Positions 58,584 to 64,000 of a stretch of DNA of 64,000 bases are shown one piece after another. The notes beneath the pieces were generated by a model, which saw nothing but the letters and a program-made list of their open reading frames with translations, made no database searches and was not told the DNA's origin. A program made the position numbers and the translations under genes. Source of the DNA: Octopus sinensis (taxonomy: Eukaryota); NCBI RefSeq assembly GCF_006345805.1, contig NC_043000.1, positions 69,378,001 through 69,442,000 of the forward strand, read 5' to 3'. Each line of letters starts with the position of its first letter. Within the stretch, counting starts at the first letter, position 1.

Positions 58584-58931
58584 TAGTTTTATTTTTATAG
58601 CGTGCTTTCACTTCACTACCGAGCGCAGCTCTGTGTGCCTTGGGTATGTGTTGTGATTTGTTGTGATGCTCTGATGGTTATTGTATGGAAAGTGTTCTGC
58701 GTAGGATGTGTGCAGTGCCTAGTAGTGCAATTTTCTGTATGTTATATGTGTTTGTAAGTCCTGGTGTTTTTGTTATGTATTTGTCTGAATATTTTTTTAT
58801 CATGCCTAATGCACCTACTATGATAGGAATTGTTTCTGTTTTTAGATTCCACATTCTGGTTACCTCTATTTCCAGGTCTTTGTATTTTGAGAGTTTCTCC
58901 ATTTCTTTTAGAGACACGTTGTCATCTGCCG

Positions 58932-58933
<2 letters not shown>
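58581..58933 (-). mobile_element. Short 3' fragment of R4/Dong family A
   Basis: Near-identical to 3686..4040 (KYKDLEIEVTRMWNLKTETIPIIVGALG); (TTA)n on both sides. Confidence 0.92.
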
Positions 58934-58976
<43 letters not shown>

Positions 58977-59049
58977 TGGGTCACTGCCTGGAATCGAACT
59001 CGGAATTTGGGGTTAGTAGCCCGCGCTTTTAATCACTACGCCATATGGG

Positions 59050-61005
59050 AAGATAGACAAATAAAATACTAACAGCACAGGTTCTATAATATGAATAATA
59101 ATAATAATGATAACCCAAGCAACACACGATTTACGACCCAAAGTTCTATATATCCTGAATGGTGACAAAAGCATGGAAGATGGGAAGAAAACAAAACTTA
59201 GAACCAACGGAATTCGTATAAAAGACATGAACCATCCTCCTGCTTACAGAGGATCCTAAACTTCAAAATCAAAAAATGGAGACATGGTAACACGATTCCT
59301 TTTTTGGGAGAAAATACCAAAATCACGCACCGGACACGATAAAACACAAAATTTAAATGAACACACAGAACATATAGACCCGAAGAGCATAAATTTGTCA
59401 AATAAAACCTCAACAAAATCAGATGAACCTCCTATTAAAAAGTTTCAAGTTTACCCCAACACCCATCCCTAATCACATAGAACTGAAATCTGATATTGAA
59501 CATTTCAACCGCCACCTCCGACTTATAGAATTCTTCAGCAGTAAGGATTTAAATAATGAATCAATAGTCAGAAATAAATCCCACTTCACCCCTACAAGGG
59601 AAAGGACAAATATTAAGACGCGTATATAGACACGATTTCAAAATTTCCTCTAAATACCCACAGATGCAAACAAAACCTTCGTGAAGAAGAAAAGGAAGCC
59701 TTACAAACACTGAAGAATGACAACGCAATCATCCTAATAGAAGCCGATAAAGGAAGGGCAACAGTAATAATGGACAAGGACTATCATAAAGATAAAATAT
59801 TGGAAATGTTAACAAGCTAAACATACTACAAGGAAGAACTAAGACACACAGAAAAAATAATAATGAATAAAATCAGAAGGCTAATCAATGAATTCCAAGA
59901 ATTCTTCACAGACAAAGAGAAAAATTATATATGCAACTCTGTAATCAAAGAGAGAAAATCCACAAAAGCTCCGAAATACAAGGTGCCATAAATAAGCAGA
60001 AGAACCAGTACGTAAAAATACTAAGGCCTGCTGAACTCAAACTAAGACTAGTAGTTGCTGGAAATCAAGTACCAACTCAACAACTAAGTCATTTTTTAGA
60101 TATACTCCTAAAACCTTTGTGCCCTTTAATACCCAGTTATGTTCGGGATGACATACATTTCATCCAACACATTCCTCCCACTGTCGCAGAAGGTATTATA
60201 CTTACACGTTTTGATGTCACAATCTCTACATTAATATACCCCACATTTAGGCATAGAGGCAATCAAACACTGGGTAGAGAAACATAGAGGACGGATAAAT
60301 GAACGCATCGAGACTGACTTCATCACCAAGGCCATACGTCTACTACTAGAAGAAAATACCTTTAGATTCGACAATAAAACATATCGACAAATAAAGGACA
60401 CGGCTATAGGTACGTGGTTTCCACCCTCATATGCAAACTTAGTTATGGGATACTTGAAAGAAAAAGTTTATGAGGAAGTAGAAACAGCTTTTGATCAGGA
60501 ATACAAGAAATATATAATTAAAAAGTAGAAACGATTCCTTGATGATTGCTTCCTCTTCTGCGACAGTTCGATTGAAGATCTAAGTATATTTAACAATATA
60601 CTGAACACACTTCACCCATCCATCAAATTCACGACAGAATCCAATTGCAATGAATTACAATTCCTGGATATCCACATAAAAATACAGAACTCCACAGTTA
60701 AAACAGACATATTTTGCAAAAAAACTGACACACACACCGATATTTAAGTTTCTACTTTTGCCATTCATCACACATAGAAAAAAAACACATCCCATACAGC
60801 ATGGCAAGACGCGTCTGTGCTATAGTGACTGACCCCAAAATACGTGAAATCTGACTCAACGATCTCAAAGGCTTCCTCACAATGCAGAAATACCCCTTAG
60901 GATTAATTAGTGAGGGAATTAAAAAGGCGATGAAGCTGAAACTCTCCCAACTACGGACGCCTAATGAAAAAGTTAATGAAAACACGATTCCTTTCGTTAA
61001 CACAC
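59050..61005 (+). mobile_element. Decayed Penelope-like RT
   Basis: EADKG, LRLVVAG..PTQQLSHFLDILLKP, YVRDD, FDV, PSYANL.MG, RFLDDCF, FLDI, IPYSMARRVC; homologous to the 40571 element. Confidence 0.88.
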
Positions 61006-61038
61006 AGGAGTGGCTGTGTGGTAAGTAGCTTGCTAACC
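61006..61038 (+). mobile_element. 5' head of SINE family 2, interrupted
   Basis: AGGAGTGGCTGTGTGGTAAGTAGCTTGCTAACC matches the heads at ~22590 and ~3075(-). Confidence 0.6.
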
Positions 61039-64000
61039 TCACTGACAGAAGAGTGACTTTGCTTACCGTACTACGGTTTGGACGCGTTTTCTTCCCGGTA
61101 AGAGTTTTGCTGTGTTGTTAATTGTTGAATTCCTACTACTGAAAATTTGCCTTTAAACGTTGCTGAACTGTCTTGTTCTCCGGTTTTACCGGGAAATAAT
61201 TGAATAATTTCTTACCGTTGAACTGTGGCTTTTTATTTACGTGACTATATATAGTCCTGCCAGACTATTTTCGTGCCCCTCCCCCGAATGGGGGTGGGAA
61301 TTGGAATTTTTGAACTGCTTTTTTGAACTACTTTGGAAAAAAAACTTTCTATAGGTTTCCCAGTTTTGTGGGAAACCAATACTCGTAATTTTTGTGTTGT
61401 CTAATTTCAACAGATTAATGTCTGTTGAAATTATTCACGAAAGTAGTGCTCTTGAGGAGAGCAATGTTAAAAAATTTTCTGCGGTAGCCGCAGTGGCTAC
61501 CGAAAACATTGACATCGATGTCAACCAGCTCGTCGAGCTATTTAAAAGAATGCAAGAGGAGGGTGGTGATGTTAAAATATCACCCTCCGCCAGTATCGTG
61601 GAGACCGAGAAGCGGACCGTAGTGTTTAAAACTTTCTGTCCACAAAGCAGAAGGTTCAAACACTTTGAAAAAAGCACCATCGAGAAATGCCTGTCCCCGA
61701 TTTGGAAGGACATCGTGTACGTCGCCAGGGGACGGGCATATGGCACTGTGGATGTCCGCTTCTCGGGGGAAGAAATGGCCCGCGGGCATTCTGTGAGCCC
61801 CCTAAAAACCAAGGAGGTGGTACTTTTCCCAAGCTATAGGGGACGCAGGACGTCCCGGGTCAGGATTGTAGAAGCCCCGGGTCAGGATTGTAGAGGTAGT
61901 GGCCGCCCTGTTATATAAAAGGGCGGACAAAATAAAAATACTAGAAGTAACATGCTCTACCCCTCGATTTTGGCTCGGGCGTAACATTAATATATTAATT
62001 CAAGGAACAGCGGAGGACCTGCAGCTCCTTCCTGAGAGGGTATCCGTGGGCGAGAACGTAACCCTCAGGGTACAGGTCGAAGGCCGAAAACCCACCTGTT
62101 ACGCCTGCGGCAAAAAGGGCAACATTCGTGTAGACTGTCCAGACAAGCAAAAGAAACCGCAGACACCAGGCCCCTCAGATAATAAAAAAGTCCCTACCCT
62201 TGCAAACACACCTAACCCTACAAAAACAAAAAATCCCACTCCTGCTGTTACGGTGCCAACCCCAAAACAGACTGAAGAAAAAACCCAGCCCTCGCACTCA
62301 CAAACCCCTACACTATTAAAACCTCCCACCCCCCTAAAACTGCGGCGCCTACCGAACAAACTATTGCTACCCCAGACGATACCATGGAGGTATCAGAGGG
62401 GGGATTTACACCAGTTCGTAAAAGATTCGTGCAGCATCCCCGTCCTCATCCCCTACAAAAAATAATAAAAACAAAGACACACCACAGACGGAAAAAAAAA
62501 TCCCGCTCAACTGGCCCAGAAAAAGAAGACAAAAAAGAAAATGAACTCATATTAATTGAATTCGACACACAAGACAAATACATAAACGATATTGTGGTTC
62601 AGCATCAGTCAGCAAGACTGTACAACAATACAAAGATCGAAATAGACACGCGTGGATTGCGGAAACAACGTTCAAACAATTAAATGACAGACACCCAAAC
62701 GCCATCCGGCATATCGCGAACTTGCCGGACTATCTGAAGAAAGAGGAGAAAGAAGGGGCCCACAAACGTGTGGTGAGGTCGGCCCCCACCTCTCCAACGA
62801 AATGTAAGTAGAACTTTTACTTTTTGTAATGGCTTCGCTTAACCTTGGTTGTTTAAATGTGCGTGGTCTGAGTTCGAAGTGGAAGCAGGCTTGTTTCCTC
62901 GACGACCTCAGATCACATGATATACATGTGATGGTTGCTACAGAGACCAAGCTGGACAGCCTACAAACCTTCTCGCCTCTCCTGAATGGCTACGAGAAAA
63001 TCATGTCTCCTGGCCAGACCGGAGGGCGAGGGGGCGTAGTGGTACTGATCCGTAAAGACTTGGCTCTACAGACAAGTACAGTCTATGTAGACCCAGAAGG
63101 TGGGCTGGTCGTCCTTGATGTGACATACAGCAGTAAGGCCTTCAGGTTGATCGGACTCTATGCACCTTGTGCTAGAGATTTCCAAACTGATTTTTATCGG
63201 CGCCTAGAGGGCTTTCTCGTGACGTCGAAGACTTTAGTGATATTAGGGGACTTTAATGCTATCGTTGACGTACACATCGATAGCGTTGGCTCGATCTATA
63301 GGAAAGTGAACTCACGTCTCGTGGATCTGCTTAAGCGGTTTCAGCTAGCAGATCGTTACAGACTTGACCATCCGAACGTCCCAGAGTGGACCTGGATGAG
63401 TGGCGACGGAAGGTTCAAGTCTTATCTAGACAGGATAGTGATAAGAACTAGAGATAAGTCTAGTTTTAGTTGTCCACAGCTCGTCCAGGTGCCCTATACT
63501 GACCATAGAATGGTCACGTGTAGACTGGACATAGATAGCACACTTAAGATAGGAACCGGCTACTGGAAGCTGAACAAGTCTATTTTGACACGCGAGGCAT
63601 ACCGTAGCCGGATTAAGGTGTTAGTGCAGAGGGCGTTAACCGGAGCCGTGGTTAATAACCGGTGGTGGTTCACCCTCAAAAGAGCCATTCGATTCGAGTC
63701 CATTAGATTTAGTAAACAACTAAGACTAGATAGGGCTAGAATAGAAGGCAACTAGTTAAGAACTTAGAGGAGGCGTTGAGGTTGGGCTCTGCATCTCACA
63801 TTTTAGCGGCGAGAACGGCATTAGACCGTCACCTCAAAACCAAACATGAGAGATGTAGAGTCCGGGCTAAAGTACGAGCATTGGGCCGTGAGGGAATTAA
63901 TGTTGCCGGATGGGCCCGTAGATAGAAACACAGCGTGGAAACGATGCCACAATTGGGTCTCTTGTTGATGAAAACGGATGCACGATCAAGAAGCGGGACG
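61039..64000 (+). mobile_element. Tx1/L1-clade LINE, 5' part (ORF1 zinc knuckle; ORF2 APE endonuclease); runs off the window
   Basis: ORF1 ~61394..62683 is frameshifted and includes a 22-bp duplication at ~61854 and VEGRKPTCYACGKKGNIRVDCP. ORF2 from 62829 has LNVRGL, ATETK, LYAP, GDFN, WTW, YLDRI, TDH and GYWKLN. Confidence 0.93.

Noticed and set aside
61394-64000. Programmed frameshifting in the LINE ORFs
   Set aside because: The shifts coincide with a 22-bp duplication and probable single-base indels, consistent with decay or assembly error.

Overview
AT-rich, microsatellite-dense eukaryotic genomic DNA, most likely from an octopus or other coleoid cephalopod; this is inferred from recalled SINE and LINE families, not a database search. 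One host gene can be rebuilt from splice signals with consistent phases: a + strand, 5-exon secreted protein of about 603 aa (1057..18738) with a signal peptide, an intact-MIDAS VWA domain, a Thr-rich mucin-like stalk and a degenerate second VWA. The rest is mostly transposons: R4/Dong-type RLE retrotransposons, mostly in (TAA)n tracts; Penelope-like elements; a Tx1/L1-like LINE; Tc1/mariner relics; and tRNA-derived SINEs. The most unusual non-coding signal is a ~480-bp tandem and inverted array (32873..34900) in which every full monomer carries a complete type-I hammerhead ribozyme motif, a retrozyme-like arrangement. A similar hammerhead variant sits at the 3' end of a nearby Penelope element. 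There is also a near-perfect 314-bp GC-rich palindrome, and the Tx1-like LINE begins inside a SINE head. Most short ORFs in the track are microsatellite artefacts. Coordinates were read by eye and may be off by a few bases.
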